Positions 11,441 to 23,757 are shown, counted from the stretch's first letter. The stretch is DNA of 64,000 bases from Ignavibacteriota bacterium (GCA_963702445.1 CAVPCZ010000005.1:90-64089); one strand, 5' to 3'. The notes: generated by a model from the letters alone, not told the origin. Program-made: numbers and translations.

Positions 11441-11863
11441 TCACTCGCCACAGAGGGTGGCGACAATCTCCCGGCTCCCCCCACGGTCCCGGTGTTCGCA
11501 CAGGTAGATTCCCTGCCACGTGCCGAGGTTGAGACGGCCGTCCGTGACCGGGATGGTGAGGCTGTTGCCCAGCAGCGAGGCCTTGATATGCGCCGGCATG
11601 TCGTCGGAGCCTTCGGTATCATGCGTGTAGTGAGGAGCGTTCTCCGGTGCCATCACATTGAAGTGACGTTCCAGATCCGACCGGACGCTCGGATCGGCGT
11701 TTTCGTTGAGCGTTAGCGATGCCGACGTATGCCGGATGAAGAGGTGCAGAATCCCCCGGCGTATCCCGGAGAGTTCCGGAATCCTGGAGAGGATCTCGGA
11801 AGTGACCAGATGAAAACCCCGCTTTCGCGGGGCAAGGACGAATTCCTTCTGGCTCCAGACCAT
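11441..11863 (-). CDS. yjbQ: YjbQ/UPF0047 family protein (secondary thiamine-phosphate synthase enzyme family)
   Basis: The ATG at 11863 gives MVWSQKEFVLAPRKRGFHLVTSEI..HTSASLTLNENADP..DMPAHIKASLLG..LGTWQGIYLCEHR, the family hallmark pattern. Confidence 0.85.
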   Translation of the reverse strand: MVWSQKEFVLAPRKRGFHLVTSEILSRIPELSGIRRGILHLFIRHTSASLTLNENADPSVRSDLERHFNVMAPENAPHYTHDTEGSDDMPAHIKASLLGNSLTIPVTDGRLNLGTWQGIYLCEHRDRGGSREIVATLCGE

Positions 11864-11871
11864 CCGGGCTC

Positions 11872-12705
11872 CTATCGAATCAAACCCAGTTTCTTTTCCG
11901 CCTCCCGGCCGGCCTCTTCCACGCTCCGATGCTCGCGGTCGAGTCTCCCGTACTGCTTCACCGGGACGGTGCCCTGCGGGTTGTGGTGATACCGGTCCAC
12001 CCCGCGGCACAGATATGTGGTAAAATGGGGATTGATGGCCAGGTCGCATTTCACGTTCGTCCGGGAGTACCGGATCGTCAGCCCGGCGCGCCTTTTGTCC
12101 GACGGATTGCCGGGGGATCCATGTACGAGTTTGTCATCATGGATGGACACTTCGCCGGCGTGTAACGTGGCCGGTACGGCAATGTCCTCGCGGAACTGCC
12201 CCCGTTCGCATTCAAGCATCAGCACGGAATCCGTTTCGCCCACGCGCACATGTTTCAGCAGCCCGGCCGTATGGGATCCGGGAATGACTGTCATCGCGCC
12301 ATTCTCAACCGTGCTATCATCAAATGCAAGCCAGACGGTCAGAGACTCGTGGGGGTCAAGGGGCCAGTAGTAGGCATCCTGGTGCCAGCCGACCGTGGAG
12401 AGGCTCCGCGGTTCCTTGATGAAGAAGTTGGATCCCCAGAGAAAGAAATCGGGGCCGAGGAGGTCTTCCACATAATCCAGGATGACCTGATTCATGCAGA
12501 TGTCGTAGAGAAAACGACTGGATTCGTGCCATTCGCGGATTTCTTTGGAGGTTTCCCCGGGGCGGAGGAGCTTCAGCAATTCATTCAGGCCGTGGTTCAG
12601 ATTCTTCATTTCCGCCACGGAAAATGCGGGTGGCAGCTTGTGCAGATAACCGATCCGCTCGAAATCCGACCGCTGTTCCGGTGAAAGCCGTTTAAGAACG
12701 GGCAT
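11872..12705 (-). CDS. Phytanoyl-CoA dioxygenase (PhyH) family Fe(II)/2-oxoglutarate oxygenase
   Basis: Intact 277 aa. Motifs WHQDAYYWPLDP, MTVIPGSH, HGSPGNPSDKRRAGLTIRY. Confidence 0.8.
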   Translation of the reverse strand: MPVLKRLSPEQRSDFERIGYLHKLPPAFSVAEMKNLNHGLNELLKLLRPGETSKEIREWHESSRFLYDICMNQVILDYVEDLLGPDFFLWGSNFFIKEPRSLSTVGWHQDAYYWPLDPHESLTVWLAFDDSTVENGAMTVIPGSHTAGLLKHVRVGETDSVLMLECERGQFREDIAVPATLHAGEVSIHDDKLVHGSPGNPSDKRRAGLTIRYSRTNVKCDLAINPHFTTYLCRGVDRYHHNPQGTVPVKQYGRLDREHRSVEEAGREAEKKLGLIR

Positions 12706-12995
12706 CAGAAGTCCTTCTTTTAATGATTATCAAGATATGTCTCCTGGGAAACAGAAGCAAACGGCGCATCGAGTCCCACATCGCGTACTTCATCTGAATA
12801 CTTGTGGCGAGATCACACGGGATCTCATGTTGTGCCGGCACATCTGGCATTGTCACGCTGGATTTCGTATGTTGTTGGCGCACATCGGATTTCAAGAGTT
12901 ACTTTATTGAATTGGCTCTACCGTTACCGATGTTCCAATCGATATCTCAAGCTTCTGGACCCGGACCGTTTCACGCCCCCAGGAATGTTGATCTC

Positions 12996-14606
12996 ATGAA
13001 ACCGTTCCGCTTCTTCGTCGTCCTTTTCTTACTCCCGTTTCTGCCCCAGAATGGACAGGCAACTGATGCTCCCCGACTCGTCGTTTTCATTTCCATCGAT
13101 CAGATGCGGGCCGACCACCTGGAACGCTATCGACAACTCTACACGGCAGGGTTCCAGAGAATGCTCTCCGAAGGGACCGCGTTCTCCAATGCCGGCCTCA
13201 ATTACGCCGTCAGCGCCACCGGACCGGGCCATGCGACACTCTCCACAGGCGTCTACCCCTGGAAAAGCGGGATTGTCTCGAACAACTGGACCGACCGCCT
13301 CACAAACCGCAAAGTCTATTGCGTTGAAGACTCCACCGCCCTGCCTGTTGAAGATGATGGTGGAAGAAGATCACCGCCGCTCCTCAATGCAACAACACTC
13401 GGTGATTGGCTCCAGACGGCGTCCCCCCGGTCGAAAGTCGTCTCCCTTTCATACAAAGACCGGGCCGCGATTCTCATGGGAGGTAAACAACCCACCGGCG
13501 CCTTCTGGTATGACCGGAAAACCGGACGAATGGTCACGTCGTCATACTACTTGAACAGGATCCCGGCGTGGGTCAGAACCTTCAATGCAGGCGGATGGGT
13601 GGCACACCACACGCCTGCAGCATGGACAAAACTGAAGGCGGAACATGTCTATACCCCCTTCGGACCCGATACACTCGCCGGCGAAGAACCGTGGAATGGC
13701 AAAACAAGCTTTCCCGCATGCCTTTAACCCACGCTCCATCAACGCCGGGACGTTTGATTCCCCTTTCGGGAATTCATTGTTGCTGGATTTCTCCCGGGCG
13801 GCGATGCACGGGGAGGAACTCGGTCAACGGGGCGTCACCGACCTTCTCTGCATTTCCCTTTCCCCCACGGACAATATCGGGGCCTCGTTCGGTCCAAATA
13901 GCCATGAAATGATAGACAACCTGCTGCGCCTGGATGGCGCCCTCGGCGACTTCATTGCGGATCTCGAAGCAACACATCGGGCGCGAAAAGCTCCTCGTCG
14001 TCCTCTCCGGCGATCATGGGGTCATGCAACTCCCCGAGTACCGGCAGCAGATTGAACATCTGGACCGCCAGACGATTTGACAACAGCAGATCGATCGAAG
14101 TGCATTGAAACAGCTTGATTCTCTTCTGCGTCTCGAATACCCGACAACCGCACGCCTTATCCGGAAAGGCTCACTCAACTACAGCGCGGCGCAGCAAGCC
14201 GGGATTGCTGACAGCGTGCTGGAGCAGCGCGTGCGCAGGGCACTGGTGGCCGTTGACGGGGTATCCGATGTGTATTTCCGGCGCGAGCTGCTCGATCCGG
14301 CCACTCCGCCCAGACCGTACCTCCAATCCTACAGGCACAGTACACAGGCAGACCGTAGTCCCGACTTCTTCATCCGTGATTGCGAGAACTGCCTCATCAC
14401 CTCTGACTCTACGGGAACCTCCCACGGATCCCCCTACGCGTATGATACCACTGTTCCGATTCTCTTCTGGGGCAGTACCATCCCCGCCCAGAAGGTCGAC
14501 CGGGAGGTTCACACCGTCGACATCGCGGCCACACTGGCCAGGTTGCTTGGCCTGGAGGCTCCCGCGAACCTTGACGGCGCTGTTCTGCCCGAAATCACGC
14601 CGGTAA
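12996..14606 (+). CDS. Alkaline-phosphatase-superfamily enzyme (type I phosphodiesterase / nucleotide pyrophosphatase-like), secreted; frameshifted as assembled
   Basis: ATG at 12996 with signal peptide MKPFRFFVVLFLLPFLPQNGQA. Motifs ISIDQMRADHL, ATGPGHATLSTGVYPWKSGIVSNNW and a C-terminal GTSHGSPYAYDTTVPILFWG. Three ORF pieces (to 13727, 13645..14055, 14105..). The exact 3' end is uncertain. Confidence 0.65.
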
Positions 14607-14823
14607 CACATGGCAGATGTCGAGTTTCCTTCGTATGTTGCGGAGAGCCACTCTGGAGGTCCATGGGTTCTCCTGTTACCACCGGCAATACCGGCCGCGG
14701 CGCAATCGGCGAAGACCACCGGCGGCGATTCCCCGCGCGTGTCGGTGCCCGAGCACGCGCAATCACTGCGTTGCTCCGGGTTTCTGATGCTCTCAGGACT
14801 TCAACAACGCGGGACATAAGGAT

Positions 14824-16783
14824 ATGAGCCCGCTTACAGAGTCCCGGACCTGGCTCATGACTACGGCCCGAGAAGCGGGCGATCGGTACTACGACCCCGC
14901 AACCGAACGCTGCCTGATCCCCCGGGATACCTGCTGGTATGCAATCAGCCTTCTCTTCGATGAATCCTCCCACCGCCGCATTCTGGGCAACTATCTCCTC
15001 GGATCGGTGAAGGCGGAGGACGGCACACATACGCCCGCCACCCTCCTGGCGATCCTGCACAGGATCCCCGACATATCACACCGGACGTCCGCGTCACCTG
15101 GAACACACGGTCAAAGAACGGCTCATCGATGCCGCGCTCACGGAATGGCGCGACGGAAACGTCAACCATCCGCTCGGTGCCTATTGCACGCTCATCCTCG
15201 GGGGGGAGAGGTCCGGAGAACGATGGGCGACGGATCTCGGCCTCCGCCGCCTTTCGCATCTTCCGCGAACGGATCGGGGAACACCGGAGCCGGCACCGCC
15301 GCCAGGCGGAAATGTCGGAGTACAACAGCCCCACCTACACCGCTCTCACCCTCTGGTTCCTGGCACTGATCGCGGAGCACTCCACCACCGAAGCGGCGCG
15401 ACGCCTGGCGCTCTTCCTTGAAGAACGGCTCTGGGTGGATGTCGCCATGCATTTTCACGCCCCCAGCCAGCAATTCGCCGGTCCTCATTCGCGATCGTAT
15501 CAGGATGATTCCGTCGGAGGATTCTCCGCACTCCACTGCACGATGCTCGCGGCATTCGAGGAACCGCTCTTTCTTTGTTCCCGAGCTCTGCTACCGGTTC
15601 AACCATCCTTCCACGCTCGTGCAGAATGCACTGGTCGCCATACTTCCCGTTCCATGTTCCCCCGCTGGCGCGCATGATCGCGCGGGAAAAGCCCTTTCCC
15701 TATTCCTTCCGCAAAACGACGTACGGCGAGCACTACCACGAAAACCACCGCCGCCGGGAACCGGCAAAAACGAACGCCTTGTGCACCGCCTCGTCTGACG
15801 GGACAGACCGGAGCGCCAAACCCGGAACGGTCGACAATCCCCCCTTTGCCTTTGACGACGACGTCTACCCCGGCGGGTGGAGCGATCTGACCACCTACAT
15901 GACCGAGGAGTACGCGCTGGGATCGGCATCCATGCCGTACGTCAACGCCGGCCACTCCGACAGCGTGATGCTCAGGATCCGGAGGAGCCAGACGATCCGG
16001 GGAATGGAAGACTTCCGGTCGGCATATACACGCGGCATCTATAACGATGCACGGGTCGGGGAGAAGAATTTCTGCCACGTCGCACAAACCCCCATCGACG
16101 AGAGTTACCTGTACGAGGAAGGACGCTCTGCCACCTACCAGCACGAGAACAAGCTCATCGTGTGCTACAGCCCGAAACGCGCCGGCCACCGCGGCGTACG
16201 CAGCTTCCGGCTCGATCTGATCTTCAGCTACTTCTCGCCGTTTGACATGCTTGTCATCGACGGCCGCCCCGTTACCGGGTTTCCCGTACGCGTTGCGCTG
16301 CCGGCGCGCGAATCTGCTTCCGTGATTTCCAGACATTCGGTGCCGTCATCCCCCTCCAGCCGTCCCCCTCTCCGTCGGCAGTGCCGGTCCTGATCTGGCG
16401 GTGCGGGGAATTCCTGCTGTTTTCCTTCTACAATTATGAGGGAGAGGAGCGCGATTTTCCCCGGCACGAGATCAACGGCTGGCGTACGGGGTTTGCACTG
16501 GAGCTTGCCACGGCCGCGGAGACAACCTGGGAGGCATTTCTTCTCCGCGCGCAGTCCGCCGGAATTGCCGGGACGGTCGAGCGAGGGATCGCTCCGGACC
16601 GATCCGTTTCACCTCCGGAACGGATTCCATGGAGTTGGTCTACGATCCATTCAAGGAGGTGATCCTCTCCCGCCGGTGGAACGGGGAACCCGATTGCGTG
16701 AACTCGTTTGCAGTCTCCGCCGGGGGAAGACCACGGGCCATTCTGTCCCGCCGACGCTCTTCGGAAACGAGGCAATGTCGTGA
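14824..16783 (+). CDS. Large hypothetical protein, first gene of the ABC sugar operon (family not recognised); frameshifted as assembled
   Basis: Pieces 14824..15369, 15129..15677, 15575..16393, 16381..16662 and 16436..16783 read on from each other. Protein-like segments include SEYNSPTYTALTLWFLALIAEH and YALGSASMPYVNAGHSDSVMLRI. The stop TGA at 16781-16783 overlaps the GTG start of the next gene. Confidence 0.5.
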
Positions 16784-17694
16784 ACCCTGTTGCCCGTCGC
16801 CGCAACCTCCTGCCGGGGTACCTCTTCATCTCTCCCTGGCTGATCGGTTTCCTGGTCTTTACCGCGGGCCCCATGCTCGCTTCGATCGGTATCAGCTTCA
16901 CGTCCTGGAGCATGTTGTCGGCACCAACGTGGGTCGGACTGGCCAACTACGAACGAATCTTCACCGAAGATCCACTCTTTCTCCGCTCACTCTGGAACAC
17001 GGCCTACTATGTGCTCTTCTCCGTCCCCCTGACGACCGTGCTTGCGCTGGGCCTGGCGCTCCTGCTGAACCAGAGCCTCCCCGGCATCGGTGTTTTCCGG
17101 ACGATCTTTTTTCTGCCTTCGATCACCAATCTGGTGGCGGTGTCGATTCTCTGGATCTGGATATTCAACCCCGAAGTCGGTCTGCTGAACCGCGCCCTCG
17201 CCGCCGTCGGGATTGACGGCCCGCTCTGGCTGCAGAGCGAGACCTGGTCGAAGCCCGCCCTGATTCTGATGTCCCTCTGGGGCGTCGGGGGATCGATGAT
17301 CATTTTCCTTGCGGCACTGCAGGGGGTTCCGCCCGAGCTGTACGAGGCGGCGGAACTCGACGGGGCCGGCCGGTCCGCCGTTTCTTCCACATCACGCTCC
17401 CCATGATCTCCCCGGCCATGTTTTTCAGTCTGGTCATGAGTCTGATCGGCGGCTTTCAGGTATTCACACAGGCGTTCGTCATGACCGGCACTGCCCAGCC
17501 GGGAACCGAAGGCGGACCGAACAATGCAACCCTTTTCATGGTCCTCTACCTTTACAAGAAGGCGTTCCAGGATTTCCAGATGGGGTACGCTTCGGCACTG
17601 GCCTGGATTCTCTTCTTCTTCATCCTCGTCTTCACACTCCCCCAGAAAAGGGCGGGCAACGATGGGTGTACTACGAGGCGGGAGACGTCCATGA
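16780..17694 (+). CDS. ABC sugar transporter permease (CUT1, MalF/UgpA-like); frameshifted as assembled
   Basis: LLPGYLFISPWLIGFLVFTAGPML.., the EAA-loop region PPELYEAAELDGAG, ..FMVLYLYKKAF... The 3' end ..RWVYYE.. stops at 17692-17694 and overlaps the next ATG. Confidence 0.8.
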
Positions 17695-18561
17695 CGGAAA
17701 ACGGCCGTTTCGGCAAGGTGTTCTGGGCGGCGTTGTCCCGCTATACGGTGATGTATCTTCTGCTGGGAGTGCTTTGCCTTCTTTTTCTCGCCCCTTTCGC
17801 CTGGATGCTGTCTGTGTCCGGTCAGGACCTGGCGGGCGTATTCGCCGCAGCCGTTCCGCTGGATCCCCGAGCGGTACCGCTGGGAGAATTTCGGCCTGGT
17901 CACATCGCTTCTCCCCTTCTGGCGGTATGCCGCCAACACGCTGTTCATCACCGTCCTGGTCCTTATCGGGACCCTCCTTTCGTGCTCGCTCGTGGCGTAC
18001 GGTTTCTCCCGGATTCGGTTCCGTGGACGGGATACATTGTTCGCCCTCTGCCTCTCCACGATGATGCTTCCCGGACAGGTCACGATGATCCCGCTGTACA
18101 TGCTGTTTGTCTCTCTCGGTTGGATCGATACGTATCTGCCGCTGATCGTCCCCGCATTTTTCGGATCGCCGTTCTACATTTTCCTTCTCCGCCAGTTCTT
18201 CCTGACCATCCCGCGGGAATACGACGAGGCCGCGATGCTCGACGGAGCCGGGCGACTGCGGATCTACTGGAGCATCATCCTCCCGCTCGCCCGTCCGGCC
18301 CTGGCGACGGTCGCCCTGTTTACCTTCGTCGGAACATGGAACGATTTCTTCGGCCCGTTGATCTATCTGAACTCTCCCGAGATGGCAACCCTGACGCTGG
18401 GGCTGAACATGCTGAAATCGCAGGTCGTGGGAACGGGTGCCACGCAGTGGCATCTCCTGATGGCGGGCGCCGTCCTCGTCATGCTGCCCAACGTGGTCAT
18501 CTTCTTCCTGGCGCAGAAGCACTTCGTCAAAGGGATCGCCGTCGGAGGGCTGAGGGGATGA
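17691..18561 (+). CDS. ABC sugar transporter permease (CUT1, MalG/UgpE-like); frameshifted as assembled
   Basis: MTENGRFGKVFWAALSRYTVMYLLLGVLCLLFLAPFAWMLSVS.. and, in ORF 17992..18561, REYDEAAMLDGAGRLRIYWSIILPLARPAL and FVGTWNDFFGPLIYL. Confidence 0.8.
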
Positions 18562-19908
18562 AACGCCCATCTTCTGCTGACAGGCACGCTGATCGCCGCA
18601 TCTGTCTCCCCGGTTGCGGAAGGCAGGACGCCGGCGGGAATGCCGAGGTGGTGTACAATTGCCCGGCGAACGCAGCGGATATCGACGCCCTGAAGAGGGA
18701 GATCCCGGCCTTCACGGCAGAATCGCACGTCAACATCAAACTCAATCCGTTCACCGGACAGGACAAGCTCTACGCGATGATGGCCGCGGGGCAGGCGCCG
18801 GATATTTTCTACACGAACACCACAATGCGGGACCGGCTTGCGGCCGAAGGGCGGCTTCTTGACCTGCGGACGGTGAGCGACGGGGATCCCTTTGTGGAAC
18901 GGCTCTGGCCCGCCGTGATCACGAACGGCACATCTCGTCGACAGCGGCTGGTACAGCCTGGGGAATTGGAGTTTCACGCTCGGGGTCTACTACAACCGCG
19001 ACCTGTTCGACGCCGCGGGGCTCCCGTACCCGGACACCGCGTGGACCTGGGAGACGATGCGCAGACTGGCCCGCCGGCTGACCCTTGATGCGGACGGAGA
19101 CGGTGCGCCGGAACGGTACGGGATATTCATCGGAAGCCATTTCGTCGAAGCCATCGAGCTGATGAACGGCGCCGGCATACGGCCGAACACCCTCCTCGCC
19201 TCGCTTCCGGACGCTTCCGCCGAAGCATTCCGGAAGTATCTCGCGCTGATGGAGGAACGGCTCATGCCCGACATCCGCCGTATACAGGCGATGGGCATGC
19301 AACCCGCCCAGCTGCTGCAAAGCGGAAGGGTGGCGATGCTCGTCGAAGCCGTCCCCCACCAGATGCTGATCGAAACGCTCGCCATCCGGTGGGGTGTCGC
19401 GCCTCTTCCGCGATTTGCGGGAAAGCCGCCGCGATACTTCCGGACAGGCAGCGGCGGGCTTTCAATCAGCAGCAGCACGCGTTATCCGGAGGCCGCCTGG
19501 CAGAGCGTGAAGTGGATCGTCGGAAAGGCGAGCATCTACCAGCCAAATCCGGTCCTCCGGGATGTCGACTTCGTCGGAGGCTGGGAACGACGCTATCCCC
19601 GATTGCTCGGAAGCGGGTTCCGGGAAGTGTGGACTCTCAGTCTGCTACATGACGGCGGTGATCCGCGGTTCTTCGTCCGGTTTTCCAGCTGGACTTCCGC
19701 CTCAATTCTGGAACGCCTTCAGCCTCATCTCGACCGGCTCTGGGCACGGGAAATCGGGGTGAACGACGTCCGGAGTGCGCTCCCGGAGATCAATGCACAC
19801 ACCGCAAGGGATCTGCAGGATCTCCTGCAAAGAGAAGGCATCAAACCGGCGTTTCGCCGGGTCATCGAACGCGAACTGAGGAGTCTGGAGCGTGGCGCTG
19901 AGCAGTAA
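18558..19908 (+). CDS. ABC transporter extracellular solute-binding lipoprotein (family 1); frameshifted as assembled
   Basis: ATGA overlap with the permease stop. Motifs FTGQDKLYAMMAAGQAPDIFYT, YYNRDLFDAAGLPYPDTAWTWE (frame of ORF 19057..19908), LDADGDGAPERYG. The N-terminal lipoprotein signal is only visible after two compensating shifts. Confidence 0.75.
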
Positions 19909-21259
19909 ACAGACGGGCGTCGCCTCTCTCATCGTGCGCGATGGGGAAATGGTTGTGTGCGAAATCCGCGACCTGTACCTCAGGAACGTCCGTTTCCACC
20001 CGCACGGCAGGCATCTGATCGGGGCGGATGTCCCTCTTCCGCTCTTCTGGCGGCAATACGCCCACCACCAGCATCCCGAAAGGAACGCGGGAAGCTCAGC
20101 CTCCTTGCGTGTGTTGCAGGAATCGGGAGAGAACATAACGGTCGAGTGTAACGGCACAACTCTTTCGGGTGATGTGATCAGCCGCTGTGTATGGAGTGTC
20201 ACACGCCAGTCCGGTCCAGTCGCCTACATCTATGACGTGTCAACACTTCTGCGCATCGCCGGCAACGGCTCGTGGCATGTGACGCCGAATCCCCAGCACG
20301 GTGAAGTGGAGTTCTGCAATCTCTGGCCGGAGGGCGCCTTTTCGGCGGATCCGCACATGCCGCTCCGCTATGACGCCTGCTATGTCATCCGGCCTGACCG
20401 GGTGGTCAGAATTCCACACCATCATCTCGAATCGAAGGACAAGCGGAACATCACACTGCTGCCGGGCGACCGCCTCGCCTGGCTCACTGACGAGGAAAAC
20501 CTTTGCGTCGAGATCGTGGATGGGGCACCGGCCACGGCAGGCATTTGCGCGTATATGTGGGATGCCCATATCGCCTACAAAGTCTGCAACGCGGATACCG
20601 AAATCATCCTCGAGGGGGGAAGAGAATTCCGGGCACAATTCCGGTTGTTCTCGTTGACACGCGACGAGGCAGAGCAGATCGCAGGCCGGGCGCTGGAAAT
20701 CACGGGGGAGGAGGCGTCGGAGACTCCTGTTATCGTTGACGGCGTGCATTCGTTCGCAGAAACACTCGCCACCTGTACCGGCGATCCCTCGGCAATCTGG
20801 CCCTGGGAGACCGGGATACAGGATGGGGAGACGGAGGATGTCCGATTCACCGTGGACCGTCGAGAGGGATTCGACGACAACAATGCGCTGCGCATTGATT
20901 CCGCCCGCTACGCCACTGCACATTGGAAGGCGACCGCATTCGGATCCGCATTCCGCAAGGAGCCCCTTCCCGGGGGCGTCAGGTTCAGGGTTGTCGCATA
21001 CGTGAAGAGTCACCTGGCGGAGGGATCCGCCGGGATCGGCATCCGGATACACCGGACCGGTGCACCCGGTATTTTTGACACGGAGCAGTATGAGACATAC
21101 CGCAGCACAGGACGAGTTGCGAGTATTTCCGATTGGACTCGCCTCGAGGTGACCACGGATTCCATTGTCCCCCCTCCGGATCGTCTGCACATCTTGCTGG
21201 AAGTATCGGGCAAGGGCACATGCTGGTTTGACAATGTCCAACTGACGAGTATTCCATGA
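19892..21259 (+). CDS. Hypothetical protein with a C-terminal CBM4/9-like beta-sandwich
   Basis: Intact 455-aa ORF (alternative ATG at 19949). The C-terminal part ..NALRIDSARYATAHWKATAF..RVVAYVKS..TCWFDNVQLTS resembles carbohydrate-binding modules. The N-terminal 300 aa are unassigned. Confidence 0.6.
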   Translation: MALSSKQTGVASLIVRDGEMVVCEIRDLYLRNVRFHPHGRHLIGADVPLPLFWRQYAHHQHPERNAGSSASLRVLQESGENITVECNGTTLSGDVISRCVWSVTRQSGPVAYIYDVSTLLRIAGNGSWHVTPNPQHGEVEFCNLWPEGAFSADPHMPLRYDACYVIRPDRVVRIPHHHLESKDKRNITLLPGDRLAWLTDEENLCVEIVDGAPATAGICAYMWDAHIAYKVCNADTEIILEGGREFRAQFRLFSLTRDEAEQIAGRALEITGEEASETPVIVDGVHSFAETLATCTGDPSAIWPWETGIQDGETEDVRFTVDRREGFDDNNALRIDSARYATAHWKATAFGSAFRKEPLPGGVRFRVVAYVKSHLAEGSAGIGIRIHRTGAPGIFDTEQYETYRSTGRVASISDWTRLEVTTDSIVPPPDRLHILLEVSGKGTCWFDNVQLTSIP

Positions 21260-23322
21260 AGATCTCCACTCCACGCAAGCACCCTCCGGAATCACTTCTG
21301 GTCTGGACATTGCCCGACAGTGTCATCGAAGAACCATCTCTCCTCGAGAAGCAGTTCCATGAAATCCGTCTGGCGGGGTTTGGCGGCGTTGCACCCTTCG
21401 TCCGGTGCAGCCGTTATACGTGGAATGATTCACCCGCGCGAAAAGCTCTCCGGGCAATCGGCACGCTGTGCAGGAAGTACGGAATGCAGAATTGGATCGG
21501 ACCGGATCCGCGATTCGTGTCCCGGGAGCTCATTGCCGCTGGAGATGGTCTCGAAGTTCTTCTGTTCGGAAACAAGGCACGGGCCGACGTTTTCCCCAAT
21601 CTCGGCACCGTGACAAACAGCGCTTTTTCAGTTCGGTGCCAACTCGCGCCCCGCCACGTCCATACACTGAACGAGGTCGCAATCGAGTACACACCCACCG
21701 GGCTCGCCGGTGTGTTCGCCGTCCGCCATGAACAGAATGCCGCCTGCCCAGCGGAAGTCGTGGATATCACCCCCAGATTCCCGGTTCTTCTACAACGCAC
21801 GTGACCGGTATGCAGAGGCGTTCGGATCTTTCTCGTCACAGAAAAGACCGGTAACTGGAGCGTGCTCGCGTTTTTCAAGGCTCTGACAAACCACGTCGAC
21901 TACTCCAGCACCCGACAGATGCACGCCTATCTGTCCATGCTCACCGGACTCAAGAAAGAACGGTGTGCTGCAGACGGAGTGATGTGGGATGAACCCGGAT
22001 ACACCTGCACATACGGGACTCTTCCCTATTCTCCGGGTCTCAGGCGGGAGTACGCCAGATCTTCAGGGCGGCTTCTTGAGCCGGACCTGTGGAAGCTTGC
22101 CCTGCCTGCACAGGATGAAAGCCACATCCCTGTCCGTACCACGTACTACCGCGTGATCCAGCATTCTGTGAACAAAGCAAATGCCGCCACCACACTTCAC
22201 ATCAGACGACTCTGGGGAAAGGACATCGTTTCGGGTATTCACGATACATGGCATTTTGAGTCTGCCGATATGTGTGACATGAACCATGGCAGCCTCGATC
22301 TCTGGGAGGCCATGAAGACAAAGTCCGGCGGCTTCGTTGACCTGGGAGGTATCGATCAGCTTCGCAATCCGGCGTCACCGTGGTACGCGCATCTTGCGGC
22401 AATGAGCGTCATCTGCGCATCGTTGGGAAGGAGAAGCAGCGGCGGGTATGCGTTCAACAACCTCTGGACGGTGGGCGATGACAATGGCGAGGGGTGGCAG
22501 ACCGGAATAATGGGGCACTGTGTGGACACCATGGCTCTCTTCGGCACCAGATGGCTGGCACATGCCTACGGCCCCGTCGGCACAATCGGTCAGGAACGCT
22601 CCTTCCTGGATTCCCCTCCCTTGCCCGGGTATCCTGATCACAGCACATGGCCGGGGTTCCCTGAATGGAACCGCCGTCTTGCCGGACATCTTGAAATGAT
22701 CGAGCACCGTCTGCCCGAAGCAAACCTGCTCGTCGTCTTTCCCGTGGAAACCCTTTACGCCCTTGCCGGCCCCCCGGCAGACGATGCCGCAGCCGAGGTG
22801 TTTCGACTGCTCCTCGCCCTGCTCGACAATCACTATCATGTTGACGTTGTTTCGGCAGCCCTGTGCGGCGACGGGAGGTTTGAGAAGGGGGCATACGTTT
22901 CCGGGCAGCGGCGCTATGATGCAGTCATTCTTCCCTTCCCCCGGATACTCCACGCCGGCATTCTTCCCATCCTGCGGCGTCAGAGGAATAACGTGCTTCT
23001 CTTCCAGGGAACGCCGCAGCGGATGAATAACGGCCGGAAAGTTGCCGTTCGTCCTGCTGAAAGCCGGTCAGATATCGACGGCGCACTCCTCTGGCTCGTA
23101 GGATTGCCGCAGCTGCGACCGGTAAAGGCCCCGGCCGGATCATGGGTGACATCGACACCTGTCCGGGCGGGAACGGTGATAAGTCTTGCGCCATCCCGTT
23201 ACGGATATACGTACGGGGGACGTCTGAGCAGACATGGTGTGTCCATTGATATTCCCCGGACAAGCGGCCTGACCCGCGTGCTTTTCCCACACGAGGGCGG
23301 ACCGGTGATCCTGACCTGCTGA
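21256..23322 (+). CDS. Large hypothetical protein (about 690 aa), probable glycan-active enzyme of unrecognised family
   Basis: ATGA overlap with the previous stop. ORFs 21256..21804 and 21862..23322 are in the same frame, separated by a stretch that reads better in another frame (DSRFFYNARDRYAEAFGSF). This implies compensating indels at the C5 run 21770-21774 and the A4 run 21842-21845. Confidence 0.6.
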
Positions 23323-23549
23323 TCCTCAGTTACTGATTGGCTTTGCGTAGACGCAGAGACCTTGAGGCTTTTTCGCCAAATGAGAAAGGAACAGGTGCAC
23401 CTCGGAGCCCCCATTTCCAGGGGATGTTTTTTTGTAGTTGTTCGGACCTGATCGAGGAGTTTTCGTTTCGGCATCGCGGATTCTTTTCTCCGACATTGCC
23501 CGGCAGTCTCTTTCGCTCGTGGACGTGACTATGCTGACGGAGCACAGCC

Positions 23550-23571
23550 TAGTCCGCAATAGTGGAAGGTT
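23550..23571 (+). repeat. Copy 1 of a 22-nt direct repeat TAGTCCG(CA/TG)ATAGTGGAAGGTT
   Basis: 20/22 identical to 26393-26414. Weaker similarity extends about 20 nt upstream (GCTG..GCA.C.G). Both copies lie in low-GC non-coding patches. Confidence 0.85.
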
Positions 23572-23757
23572 ATGTGCAAATCTATTACACATGAATCGCG
23601 ATATTCGCGAAGGCGTCTCACAACCTAGTACAATGTTAGGTGGCCCCACGCTACAAGGAGGCAAGACTGTACAACAGCATGCTACTGGTAACGCTCGAGA
23701 TACTCGTGGTCATCGTTGCGCCTCTTCTGATTCTCTGCGCAGGTGACTGGATACCCG

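Noticed and set aside
14610-14819. 69-aa ORF (MADVEFPSYVAESHSGGPW..) between the phosphatase-family gene and the operon
   Set aside because: It has no RBS or motif and overlaps the uncertain, frameshifted 3' end of the upstream gene. It may be part of either neighbour.
17007-18570. Minus-strand ORFs of 364 and 299 aa over the ABC permease genes. Similar long antisense ORFs occur at 4786-5760, 6004-6744, 7029-7715, 8587-9495, 15599-16336, 20240-21310, 24960-25886, 26638-27942, 35178-36062, 36162-36824, 37574-38236, 40344-41279, 42279-43007, 50892-52370 and 52479-53525.
   Set aside because: Each is opposite a gene with strong family motifs. They are the high-GC shadow ORFs expected at this composition.
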